This document shows, one piece after another, positions 55,096 to 64,000 of a stretch of 64,000 nucleotides of DNA. The stretch lies in assembly GCF_044324875.1 (NCBI RefSeq), contig NZ_CP172185.1. One strand, given 5' to 3'. The position numbers and the translations under genes are program-made. Every line of letters starts with the position of its first letter. The first letter of the stretch is position 1. The DNA comes from Escherichia coli (GTDB lineage: Bacteria > Pseudomonadota > Gammaproteobacteria > Enterobacterales > Enterobacteriaceae). The notes under the pieces are model-generated. The model was not told where the DNA came from, searched no databases, and saw only the letters and a list, made by a program, of their open reading frames with translations.

Positions 55096-56100
55096 ATGAA
55101 AGTAATTGTAAATAATTTTTTTGATGGTATTTTGAAAAGAGGAATACCGATCTATACTTCTGAACTTGTGCAAAAGTTAAGAGACAATAATGTTCAGGTT
55201 ATTTATGTTGCATGTCCAAAAGCATTCCATAAGCTGCCTTCATGGTTTCTGAATGTTCTTTTTATAATAGTAGAGCAGCTTTTAATACCAATTATGGGTA
55301 TATTTTATAGAACTAAGTATAATATATATCCCTATAATAGTAGTTCCATCATTGACTTGTTATTAGGTAAGGCAATTGTTATAATTCATGACTTCATTAG
55401 TCTTAAGAAAAATAAACGAAATCTTGCTGCCATTTATGTGAAAGTCTGTATTTATTTTTCATCTTTTTTAGCAAAGAAAGTAATATTTATTTCTCAAAGC
55501 ACTCAGCGAGTATCTAAGAGAATATCGCTATTTAAGTGTATAGAATCTATCCTGCTCCCAAATCCATTTTTCTCATTTGAGAAAATTGCTAATGTTACCG
55601 AAATAAAAGATCTTGGATATTTACTTCTAGTTTCAGGTTTAGGGGATAATAAGGATCTAGGCACAGCTCTGGACTATTATTTTTCAATCCCAAGGGAAGA
55701 AAGAATACCATTAAAAATATTAGGTTGTGGGAATGGTATTAGCAAGGTTAACGACTTAATTGATGGGCGGGATACAGATAAAGAAATTGAAATTATTGGT
55801 TTTGTTTCTTTAGAGGAAGTCGTCAAACTATATTGTAATTCTAAAATTGTTTGGGCTCATTCGCTTGCCGAGGGGTATGGAAGGACTTTAGCTGAAGCAA
55901 AACTCACATGCAAAAATGTTATATGCACACGGATCTCTGCTTTCCGCGAACAAAAGGATTCGAATATTTTCTTTTATACTTACTATTCTGAGTATTATGA
56001 AGTCTATTCATACTTGGTAGATAATTCACCCAGTGTCGAAAGGAAAGCTCTGCATGAACATATTTTATTTGAAAATGAATTGAGAAAGATTTATGAGTAA
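55096..56100 (+). CDS. O-antigen glycosyltransferase, probable GT4 family
   Basis: ATG at 55096 (MKVIVNNFFDG..., preceded by TAAGAG) chosen over the ORF-track start at 55063. EX7E-like region AHSLAEGYGRTLAEA. Very AT-rich codon usage. Confidence 0.75.
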   Translation: MKVIVNNFFDGILKRGIPIYTSELVQKLRDNNVQVIYVACPKAFHKLPSWFLNVLFIIVEQLLIPIMGIFYRTKYNIYPYNSSSIIDLLLGKAIVIIHDFISLKKNKRNLAAIYVKVCIYFSSFLAKKVIFISQSTQRVSKRISLFKCIESILLPNPFFSFEKIANVTEIKDLGYLLLVSGLGDNKDLGTALDYYFSIPREERIPLKILGCGNGISKVNDLIDGRDTDKEIEIIGFVSLEEVVKLYCNSKIVWAHSLAEGYGRTLAEAKLTCKNVICTRISAFREQKDSNIFFYTYYSEYYEVYSYLVDNSPSVERKALHEHILFENELRKIYE

Positions 56101-57295
56101 TATTGATATAAATAAGAAACAGATATTAGTTTTGACTCCACGGTTCCCGTTTCCTGTCATTGGTGGGGATCGATTACGTATCTATAAGATCTGTAAAGAA
56201 CTGTCTAAGCATTATGATCTTACGTTGCTGAGTCTGTGTGATAAACGCGAAGAGCTCAACTATGAATATGATCGTGAAGTTTTTAGTAGTGTTCACAGAG
56301 TATATCTTTCAAAGAAAAAATCTATTTTAAATGTCATATTCTCTTTGTTTTCAAATACTCCCCTACAGATTGGGTATTATAAATCTAAAGAATTTGAAGA
56401 TAAACTTAAGCAGTTATTACCTGAACATTCTGCAACTCTTTCACATTTGATAAGGGTTGGTGATTATGTGAAAGAGAATAAAGATATAAATTTTTTAGAG
56501 ATGACCGATGCCATTTCACTTAATTATAAACGAGTAAAGGAAAAAGCATCTTTATTGAGTTTAAAAACATTTGTATATTCTTTTGAACAAAAAAGACTCG
56601 AACGATATGAGCGAACTATAAATAACAAGTTCAGCTTGACTACTTTGGTATCACAGGTTGACTCCGATTATTTATATCCAGACCGTCCGAATAATGTATT
56701 AGTCTGTGGAAATGGTGTTGATGCCGTTAGCTTACCTTTTTCAGAACGAAAAATAGCTAAAGATAAAAAGATAACCCTTGTATTTATAGGTAATTTATAT
56801 TCTTTGCAAAATATGGATGGTGTGAGATGGTTCACCAAGGAAGTTTTACCATTTCTTAACAAGCATGGTAATTTTGAATTTAAGGTCATCGGACGTATTA
56901 CAGATAAAGATAAGAGTTGGTTAGAAAGCCAGCCTGGCGTTGTTGTCACAGGTGAAGTTGATAGCATAACTTATGCAGCAGCTGATGGGCATATTGGTGT
57001 ATGTCCTATTAGATTAGGGGCAGGTATCCAAAATAAGGTACTTGAATATATGGCGTTGGGATTACCTTGTATCTCTTCTACTGTAGGCTTTGAAGGCTTG
57101 GGAGCAGAGGAGGGTAAGGAGATTTATGTTGCCAATACAAAAGAAGAATATTTACGTGTATTAAATTATTTTATAACAAATCTGGATAAATATACCGAAA
57201 CAGCATTAGTTGCGAAAAAGTTTATCGGTGAGAATTTTTCATGGGAAGCTAAATTGAGCCCATATATCCAGAAAATTAAGGAGTCTGTTAAATAA
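56093..57295 (+). CDS. O-antigen glycosyltransferase, GT4 family
   Basis: 400-aa ORF; start overlaps the previous gene. GT4 C-terminal region ([33 protein letters not shown]). Confidence 0.8.
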   Translation: MSNIDINKKQILVLTPRFPFPVIGGDRLRIYKICKELSKHYDLTLLSLCDKREELNYEYDREVFSSVHRVYLSKKKSILNVIFSLFSNTPLQIGYYKSKEFEDKLKQLLPEHSATLSHLIRVGDYVKENKDINFLEMTDAISLNYKRVKEKASLLSLKTFVYSFEQKRLERYERTINNKFSLTTLVSQVDSDYLYPDRPNNVLVCGNGVDAVSLPFSERKIAKDKKITLVFIGNLYSLQNMDGVRWFTKEVLPFLNKHGNFEFKVIGRITDKDKSWLESQPGVVVTGEVDSITYAAADGHIGVCPIRLGAGIQNKVLEYMALGLPCISSTVGFEGLGAEEGKEIYVANTKEEYLRVLNYFITNLDKYTETALVAKKFIGENFSWEAKLSPYIQKIKESVK

Positions 57296-57296
57296 A

Positions 57297-58712
57297 ATGA
57301 TTATCCCAATTATTATGGCCGGTGGTTCTGGTACTCGCTTATGGCCTCTTTCGCGTTCGTTATACCCGAAACAATTTTTATCATTGATTAATGAAAATAG
57401 TTTGCTCCAGGAAACGTTGAAGAGACTTGATGGATTAAATTGTTTGCCTCCTGTCATTGTTAGCAATAATGAGCATAGATTTATTGTTGCTGAACAATTG
57501 CGACAGTTCGGTGTGGATGACTTCCAGATTATTCTAGAACCTGTAGGTAGAAATACTGCGCCCGCCGTTGCGCTGGCTGCTCTAAAGTCTCTAGAACTCC
57601 ATGGCGATCATCATATGCTGGTTCTTGCTGCTGACCATGCTATTCAGGATATTGAAGCCTTCCATGCAGCTGTTTTAGCTGCAGAACAAGAGTCCGTTGA
57701 CAATAAGTTAGTGACTTTTGGCATCGTCCCGACCAAACCTGAAACTGGGTATGGCTATATTAAAAAGGGCGAACAAGTTAAAAACTCTGTATTTAAAGTA
57801 AATTCTTTCGTCGAAAAACCTGATTTAGAAACGGCTAAAAATTATCTCGAACAAAAATGCTATTTGTGGAATAGTGGTATGTTCATGTTCAAGGCGAGCG
57901 TATATTTAGATGAATTGAAAAAATTTCGCCCTGATATTTTAGCAGCGTGTAAAGAGTCGCTTTCCAGTGCTAGTACTGATCTAGATTTTATCAGATTAAA
58001 TTCTGATGTCTTTGCAGAATGTCCCGATGAGTCAATTGATTATGCGGTAATGGAAAAAACTCAGGATTGTGTAGTTATTCCACTTGATGCTGACTGGAGT
58101 GACATCGGTTCATGGACATCACTTTGGGAAATATCAGAGAAAGATGAACATGAAAACGTATCGCATGGCGATGTAATTAACTATAACAGCAGGAACAACT
58201 ACATTTACTCTGAAGGTTCACTGATCAGCACTGTAGGAGTTAATAACCTTATTATAGTTCAAACTAAAGATGCGCTCCTGGTAGCACAGCAAGACAACGT
58301 ACAAGACATAAAGAAGATTGTCGAAATTCTTAAAAAGCAAAAACGTAGCGAACATATATCCCATCGCGAAGTCTATCGTCCTTGGGGACGTTATGATTCT
58401 GTAGAACGTGGCGACCGTTATCAGGTAAAGCGTATTACCGTTAAGCCTGGTGAATGTCTCTCAACACAAATGCATCATCATCGAGCTGAGCATTGGGTGG
58501 TTGTCGCTGGTACTGCAAAGGTGACTTGCGGCGAACGCACTTTTTTCGTCACTGAAAATGAGTCAACTTTCATACCAATTGGCACAGTTCATACCTTGGA
58601 AAATCCAGGAAAGATACCATTAGAAGTAATTGAGATTCAGTCGGGTGTATATCTAGGTGATGATGATATTGTGCGCCTAAGTGATAAATATGGTCGTGTT
58701 GAGGATAAATAA
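57297..58712 (+). CDS. manC: mannose-1-phosphate guanylyltransferase (O-antigen copy)
   Basis: 471-aa ORF; N-terminus [28 protein letters not shown] and C-terminal cupin nearly identical in motif to cpsB, but in AT-rich codon usage. Confidence 0.9.
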   Translation: MIIPIIMAGGSGTRLWPLSRSLYPKQFLSLINENSLLQETLKRLDGLNCLPPVIVSNNEHRFIVAEQLRQFGVDDFQIILEPVGRNTAPAVALAALKSLELHGDHHMLVLAADHAIQDIEAFHAAVLAAEQESVDNKLVTFGIVPTKPETGYGYIKKGEQVKNSVFKVNSFVEKPDLETAKNYLEQKCYLWNSGMFMFKASVYLDELKKFRPDILAACKESLSSASTDLDFIRLNSDVFAECPDESIDYAVMEKTQDCVVIPLDADWSDIGSWTSLWEISEKDEHENVSHGDVINYNSRNNYIYSEGSLISTVGVNNLIIVQTKDALLVAQQDNVQDIKKIVEILKKQKRSEHISHREVYRPWGRYDSVERGDRYQVKRITVKPGECLSTQMHHHRAEHWVVVAGTAKVTCGERTFFVTENESTFIPIGTVHTLENPGKIPLEVIEIQSGVYLGDDDIVRLSDKYGRVEDK

Positions 58713-58716
58713 TTAT

Positions 58717-60138
58717 ATGAATATTACCAATGATGTAATTAAAAATAGCGGAATTGCATTTGGTACAAGTGGTGCTCGTGGATTAGTGAAAGATTTTACA
58801 CCCAACGTGTGTGCTGCATTCACTTATGCTTTTATCGATGTAATGATGAAGGATTTTTCTTTTAAAGAGGTTGCGCTCGCAATAGATAATCGCCCAAGCA
58901 GCTATGCTATGGCACAAGCTTGCGCAGCAGCATTGTTGGAATGTAGTATTAAACCTATTTACTACGGTGTAATTCCAACTCCAGCTTTGGCAAATCAAGC
59001 GATTGCCGATGGGATTCCTGCAATAATGGTTACTGGAAGTCATATTCCATTTGATAGAAATGGTTTGAAATTCTATCGTCCAGACGGGGAAATTTCAAAA
59101 GAAAATGAGAACAGCATTATACATGCTGAAAAAGAGTATCCTGATGTAACTGTATTGCCAGAATTACAATGTTCAAAGCGTGCCGCTGATACTTATATCG
59201 AGAGAAACACTTCAATTTTTTCAAATATATTTAAAGGTAAACGTATCGGGATTTATGAACATTCAAGTGCGGGACGGGATCTTTATTCAGAAATATTCAG
59301 TAAGCTTGGTGCTGAAGTTGTAAGTATTGGTAGAAGTGATGAGTTTGTGCCTATTGATACTGAAGCAGTATCAAAAGAAGATGAAGAAAAAGCTTTACAC
59401 TGGTCATCTGAGTATGACCTCGATATGATTTTTTCTACCGATGGTGATGGCGATCGTCCTTTGGTTGCTGACGAAAATGGCGTTTGGTTACGGGGTGATA
59501 TATTAGGACTATTTTGCTCAAAGGCAATGAATATTGAAGCGGTAGCTGTACCTGTAAGTTGTAATACGGTTATTCAGACTTGCGGGTGGTTTAATCATGT
59601 AACGCTGACTAAAATTGGTTCACCATACGTCATTTCAGCGTTTGATTCTCTGAATAATAGTTTTGATAGGGTTGCAGGGTTTGAGGCTAACGGTGGGTAT
59701 CTTTTAGGTAGCGATGTAAATTATAACAGCGGTATGATTAAAGCGCTTCCAACAAGAGATGCTGTTTTGCCTGCTTTAATGGTACTGGCACTGGCTATAA
59801 AAAATAATGTGACTATTTCAAAACTCTTGGCGGAGTTGCCACCACGATTTACCTACTCAAATAGAGTTCAAAATTTTGCAACAAGCAAAAGTAAAAGCAT
59901 TATCGCGTCAGCTCAAGAAAATCCTCAAGAATTTATCGAAAGAATAGGCTTTGTCGATCTTCATGTACAATCGGTGGATACAATTGACGGGTTAAGATTG
60001 ACACTAAGTGATGGTTCAATAATCCATTTGCGACCGTCAGGCAACGCACCTGAATTGCGATGCTATGCAGAAGCAGATAACATAATAAAAGCTGAAAAAT
60101 TAGTGTTAGAAGTTTTGCATAAAGTTACTCTTTTGTAA
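58717..60138 (+). CDS. manB: phosphomannomutase-type phosphohexomutase (O-antigen copy)
   Basis: ATG at 58717 gives [29 protein letters not shown]...; active-site region [17 protein letters not shown]. The ORF-track start at 58681 is a GTG inside manC. Gene symbol assigned by function and cluster context, not by match to a specific known locus. Confidence 0.8.
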   Translation: MNITNDVIKNSGIAFGTSGARGLVKDFTPNVCAAFTYAFIDVMMKDFSFKEVALAIDNRPSSYAMAQACAAALLECSIKPIYYGVIPTPALANQAIADGIPAIMVTGSHIPFDRNGLKFYRPDGEISKENENSIIHAEKEYPDVTVLPELQCSKRAADTYIERNTSIFSNIFKGKRIGIYEHSSAGRDLYSEIFSKLGAEVVSIGRSDEFVPIDTEAVSKEDEEKALHWSSEYDLDMIFSTDGDGDRPLVADENGVWLRGDILGLFCSKAMNIEAVAVPVSCNTVIQTCGWFNHVTLTKIGSPYVISAFDSLNNSFDRVAGFEANGGYLLGSDVNYNSGMIKALPTRDAVLPALMVLALAIKNNVTISKLLAELPPRFTYSNRVQNFATSKSKSIIASAQENPQEFIERIGFVDLHVQSVDTIDGLRLTLSDGSIIHLRPSGNAPELRCYAEADNIIKAEKLVLEVLHKVTLL

Positions 60139-60321
60139 AAAAATATAAACTTTTTTCTACTCTTGAGCGGTTTGTCATTTAACCGCTCAGTAATAGATTG
60201 TTTATAAATTGTTTATATTTAGCATTGGTGTTTTTATTTGCGTTCATCCCGAATAAGAGATTGTAAAATTAACTGTTTCTTATTTTTCAAATGAGTTACT
60301 TCACTAGTAAAGCTAATTACT

Positions 60322-61653
60322 ATGCATAAGCAATATTATTCATTATTGTGCAATAAAATACAGTTTAAACATCTGGCTATATATTTTTCTGTATTTCTTT
60401 CACTATCCTCATGTTTCTTGTGGGGAGGGGCGGATACATTTGTATCGCAAGTGTATATTGATATTTTAGCCACTATATCTACAGCGCTATTAGTTGTTTT
60501 GATGTTCTATTATTATATTAATAGAGTTCGCTATTTATCACTAACCTTACTTTTTGCATTCGTTTTTTCTTTGATTATTGGTTTGCCATCGATTTATCTT
60601 TACTATTTTAAAAACGCAAATCATGGGTTTGAAATAATTTGTATCTGGGGGATGTTGATCAATTCCATCCTTTACTTGCAAACAACAGAGACTGTCATAA
60701 AAGAAGAAAAAAGATATTTAACTAGTTTATTTTATATTTTGTTTTCTATTGTTGCACTGTGTCAATTATACAAAATATTAATTTATCTTATGTTTATATT
60801 GAATTCAGGAGAAGGGCATTTAGCAATTTATACTGAAAGCGAAGAATTGCTATCCCAAGTTCCATTTTTTATTCGTGCTATTAGTGGTTTTGCAGTTGTA
60901 ATGTCATTGTCCACTTTTTATTTTAAAACACCGACCTACATTAAAGTTATTGCATTTGTTTTACTTGCATCTGATTTAGCTATTGGAATACGTAATAAGT
61001 TTTTCTTTTCAGTGATTTGTATTTTTATACTATATATGTACTCTAATGAGTATAGAGTAAGAAATTTATTTAAGCAACTCTCAAAACCAATATTTCTCAT
61101 CGCCGGTTTTTTATGCTTCTCGATGGTATCGTATTTCCGTGAAGGGTACCAAATCGATTTTATGATTTATATTGGCATTGTTTTAGATTCGCTATCCTCT
61201 ACTCTTGGGGGGATGCAGAATTTGTTTGATATGCAATCATCAGGATGGGATCAACTTCATCCCGCTGTGGTATTCACACAAGTATTACCGCTAAGCGGTC
61301 TTGGTTTTCTTGATGATCAACAAATCGCAAAAGATTTTTCAATAATTGTTTTAGGTGATGTATCCTCTGGTATTGCGTTGTCATCTTCAGGATTGTTAGA
61401 GTCATCGTTGCTGAGTCTAAACTTGGGAGTGATTATTTATTTACTGTATTTATCAGGGGTGATGCTTTTTATTAAATGGGGACTAAATAATCAACGGATA
61501 ATAATAAACTTTGTTGCCATCTCCATGATATCTGGATTTTTTTATGCTGTTCGTGGTGAACTGATTTTGCCATTGGCTTTTCTTCTAAAATCATTGCCGA
61601 TTGTTCTTATATCTCCATTACTTGTTAAAAATAAAATTTATCATGGTCAGTAA
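60322..61653 (+). CDS. wzy: probable O-antigen polymerase (Wzy-type polytopic membrane protein)
   Basis: 443-aa strongly hydrophobic, very AT-rich ORF with about 10-12 predicted TM segments and no MOP-family N-terminal motif. Assigned by exclusion and cluster context. Confidence 0.6.
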   Translation: MHKQYYSLLCNKIQFKHLAIYFSVFLSLSSCFLWGGADTFVSQVYIDILATISTALLVVLMFYYYINRVRYLSLTLLFAFVFSLIIGLPSIYLYYFKNANHGFEIICIWGMLINSILYLQTTETVIKEEKRYLTSLFYILFSIVALCQLYKILIYLMFILNSGEGHLAIYTESEELLSQVPFFIRAISGFAVVMSLSTFYFKTPTYIKVIAFVLLASDLAIGIRNKFFFSVICIFILYMYSNEYRVRNLFKQLSKPIFLIAGFLCFSMVSYFREGYQIDFMIYIGIVLDSLSSTLGGMQNLFDMQSSGWDQLHPAVVFTQVLPLSGLGFLDDQQIAKDFSIIVLGDVSSGIALSSSGLLESSLLSLNLGVIIYLLYLSGVMLFIKWGLNNQRIIINFVAISMISGFFYAVRGELILPLAFLLKSLPIVLISPLLVKNKIYHGQ

Positions 61654-61694
61654 GTGGTTTATTTTTCGACCAGGATCTCACCAGTAGGCATGAC

Positions 61695-62930
61695 ATGATC
61701 AAAGAAATTTTCTCCGATGGCATTTTTTCGCTATTTAATAAAATATGTTACTTCGGTTTTAAAACACTTGCAATAATTCTGATTACTCGTTCCTTAGGAG
61801 AAGATGTAGGCGGAGAGTTCATTTTTTTAGTTGGTTTTCTCGAAGTCCTTCGGGTGGTTACTGATTTTGGTGTGGATCTGTTTGTTATAAAAAAATATAA
61901 TGATTCTACAGATAAAATAAAACTATTAAATGTAACGTTTGCACAAAAAATTCTTTCTGGAGTAATTGTTTTACTACTGTTTTGTTTGTATTCTTTTGTT
62001 CAGGGTTATCAATATAATGTCTATATTCCTATTGTGTTAGCCTTACCTGTTGCTTTATTTTTTAATTTCTCAAATAGCTATTTTCAATCTCTCAATTCCA
62101 ATAAATCTCTCACGTTTCCGATCGCAATTGCATCTATTGCAACGTGTACGATCTTCGCTATTCAGTATTTTTTAAACGTTAAATTTAACGCATGGGATTA
62201 CCTGTGTGTTGAACTATTATTCGTATCGCTGGTTACACTAAAACTATTCGTTAGTGTCAAGTTTAGGTTTATTAGAACGTCAGCTTTTGATGTGCTAATG
62301 TCAATTCTTTCTTTATATAAATATACATTAAGTATAGGTCTTACAGCTGTTGTTGTAATTATTTATAGCCGTATAGATAATTTTTATCTCAAGACATTTG
62401 CCCCAGGGGATCTTGCAGCATATGGCCAGATATTTAGGATGGTTGATCCACTGGTTATGGTTTCTTCTGTATTTTCTACAGTTGCCTATGCAAGATTTTG
62501 CCGAATTAACTTACAAGAAAAAAATGCTTTTACTAAGGTGTTTCAGTTCCTGTTATGTATTGTGGCATATGGCGTGCTGAGTTCATTAGTTTATTTCTTT
62601 ATAATAAAATACCTGGGTCATTTTGTATTGATTTCTAATGTTAATAATGATTTCTTGATAATGATGTTCTTGATTGTTGCATGTGTGAAATGTATCAATG
62701 GTGGTACAACTGCAATAATTCAGTCACAGGGGTTTTATAAAGTGGGTTTGTATGTTTCGTATGTTTGCATTTTGACATCGATACCAACTATGTATTTCTT
62801 AATAATGAAGTACGGTGTTAAAGGTGCTGCTATGACGATTCTGCTTGTAGAGTGTATTAGTTTCATATTACTTCTCTGCAGCTTTTTTATGATAAAAAAG
62901 ATGCGTCCTAAAAAAACATTCGAAATGTAA
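61695..62930 (+). CDS. wzx: probable O-antigen flippase (Wzx, MOP family)
   Basis: 411-aa polytopic membrane ORF with N-terminal FNKICYFGFKTLAIILITRSLGEDVGGEF resembling the Wzx/polysaccharide-biosynthesis-protein N-terminal motif. Confidence 0.65.
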   Translation: MIKEIFSDGIFSLFNKICYFGFKTLAIILITRSLGEDVGGEFIFLVGFLEVLRVVTDFGVDLFVIKKYNDSTDKIKLLNVTFAQKILSGVIVLLLFCLYSFVQGYQYNVYIPIVLALPVALFFNFSNSYFQSLNSNKSLTFPIAIASIATCTIFAIQYFLNVKFNAWDYLCVELLFVSLVTLKLFVSVKFRFIRTSAFDVLMSILSLYKYTLSIGLTAVVVIIYSRIDNFYLKTFAPGDLAAYGQIFRMVDPLVMVSSVFSTVAYARFCRINLQEKNAFTKVFQFLLCIVAYGVLSSLVYFFIIKYLGHFVLISNVNNDFLIMMFLIVACVKCINGGTTAIIQSQGFYKVGLYVSYVCILTSIPTMYFLIMKYGVKGAAMTILLVECISFILLLCSFFMIKKMRPKKTFEM

Positions 62931-63082
62931 TCAATGAGTCCTCTTTGAATAGAATTAGTTTGTTCTATTTATGAACACTTAGCTTGAGTAAGTTCTAACA
63001 TAGATTACTAATTGTTTGATACTATCTGCTTTACAAGCATAACCGCGTATGTCGCGGTGACCACACCTGACAGGAGTATGTA

Positions 63083-64000
63083 ATGTCCAAGCAACAGATC
63101 GGCGTCGTCGGTATGGCAGTGATGGGGCGCAACCTGGCGCTCAACATCGAAAGCCGTGGTTATACCGTCTCCGTCTTCAACCGCTCCCGCGAAAAAACTG
63201 AAGAAGTTGTTGCCGAGAACCCGGGTAAGAAACTGGTTCCTTATTACACGGTGAAAGAGTTTGTCGAGTCTCTTGAAACCCCTCGTCGCATCCTGTTAAT
63301 GGTGAAAGCAGGTGCAGGCACGGATGCTGCTATTGATTCCCTCAAACCATATCTCGATAAAGGTGACATCATCATTGATGGTGGTAACACCTTCTTCCAG
63401 GACACTATTCGTCGTAATCGTGAGCTTTCAGCAGAGGGCTTTAACTTCATCGGTACCGGTGTTTCCGGCGGTGAAGAGGGGGCGTTGAAAGGACCTTCCA
63501 TCATGCCTGGTGGGCAGAAAGAAGCCTATGAACTGGTTGCACCAATTCTGACCAAAATCGCCGCAGTAGCTGAAGACGGTGAGCCATGCGTTACCTATAT
63601 TGGTGCCGATGGCGCAGGTCACTATGTGAAGATGGTTCACAACGGTATTGAATACGGCGATATGCAGCTGATTGCTGAAGCCTATTCTCTGCTAAAAGGT
63701 GGCCTGAACCTCACCAACGAAGAACTGGCGCAGACTTTTACCGAGTGGAATAACGGTGAACTGAGCAGCTACCTGATCGACATCACCAAAGATATCTTCA
63801 CCAAAAAAGATGAAGACGGTAACTACCTGGTTGATGTGATTCTGGATGAAGCAGCAAACAAAGGTACGGGCAAATGGACCAGCCAGAGTGCGCTGGATCT
63901 CGGCGAACCGCTGTCGCTGATAACCGAGTCTGTGTTTGCACGTTATATCTCTTCTCTGAAAGATCAGCGCGTTGCCGCGTCTAAAGTTCTCTCTGGCCCG
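63083..64000 (+). CDS. gnd: 6-phosphogluconate dehydrogenase (decarboxylating), 5' part (gene runs off the window end)
   Basis: CAGGAG SD then ATG at 63083 gives [35 protein letters not shown]..., the classical Gnd N-terminus with Rossmann motif. No stop before the window end. Confidence 0.95.
   Translation, partial: MSKQQIGVVGMAVMGRNLALNIESRGYTVSVFNRSREKTEEVVAENPGKKLVPYYTVKEFVESLETPRRILLMVKAGAGTDAAIDSLKPYLDKGDIIIDGGNTFFQDTIRRNRELSAEGFNFIGTGVSGGEEGALKGPSIMPGGQKEAYELVAPILTKIAAVAEDGEPCVTYIGADGAGHYVKMVHNGIEYGDMQLIAEAYSLLKGGLNLTNEELAQTFTEWNNGELSSYLIDITKDIFTKKDEDGNYLVDVILDEAANKGTGKWTSQSALDLGEPLSLITESVFARYISSLKDQRVAASKVLSGP

Noticed and set aside
54703-63082. Mobile-element genes (integrase, transposase, IS) flanking the O-antigen cluster or the yegQ-yegP insertion
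   Set aside because: None of the ORFs in or around these segments resembles a transposase or integrase. O-antigen replacement is expected to occur by homologous recombination in galF/gnd flanks, so no mobile element is claimed.

Overview
Enterobacterial (Escherichia coli-like) chromosomal segment with a K-12-type backbone, read in the reverse direction to the usual K-12 gene order. From left to right: the start of yegQ (U32 peptidase, truncated by the window edge); a ~2.3 kb AT-richer stretch with two convergent unknown genes (a signal-peptide protein and a HEAT-like repeat protein) that I do not recall at this position in K-12; yegP; the baeSR-mdtABCD operon on the minus strand; a tandemly triplicated ~328-bp Ibs/Sib type I toxin-antitoxin locus; the yegL-pphC(yegK)-yegI vWA/PP2C/kinase triad; yegD; alkA; dgcE(yegE); udk; dcd; asmA; yegH; the complete colanic acid cluster wza to wcaM; galF; a compact AT-rich O-antigen cluster (two GT4 glycosyltransferases, manC, manB, wzy, wzx); and the 5' part of gnd. 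Two JUMPstart/ops elements and several REP/BIME repeats are visible. No tRNA, rRNA, CRISPR array, integrase or transposase was found. All calls rest on reading the supplied ORF translations and the sequence, plus recalled family knowledge; no database search was run. The strongest candidates for an undescribed system are the two-gene insertion between yegQ and yegP and, second, the translationally coupled vWA-PP2C-kinase triad.
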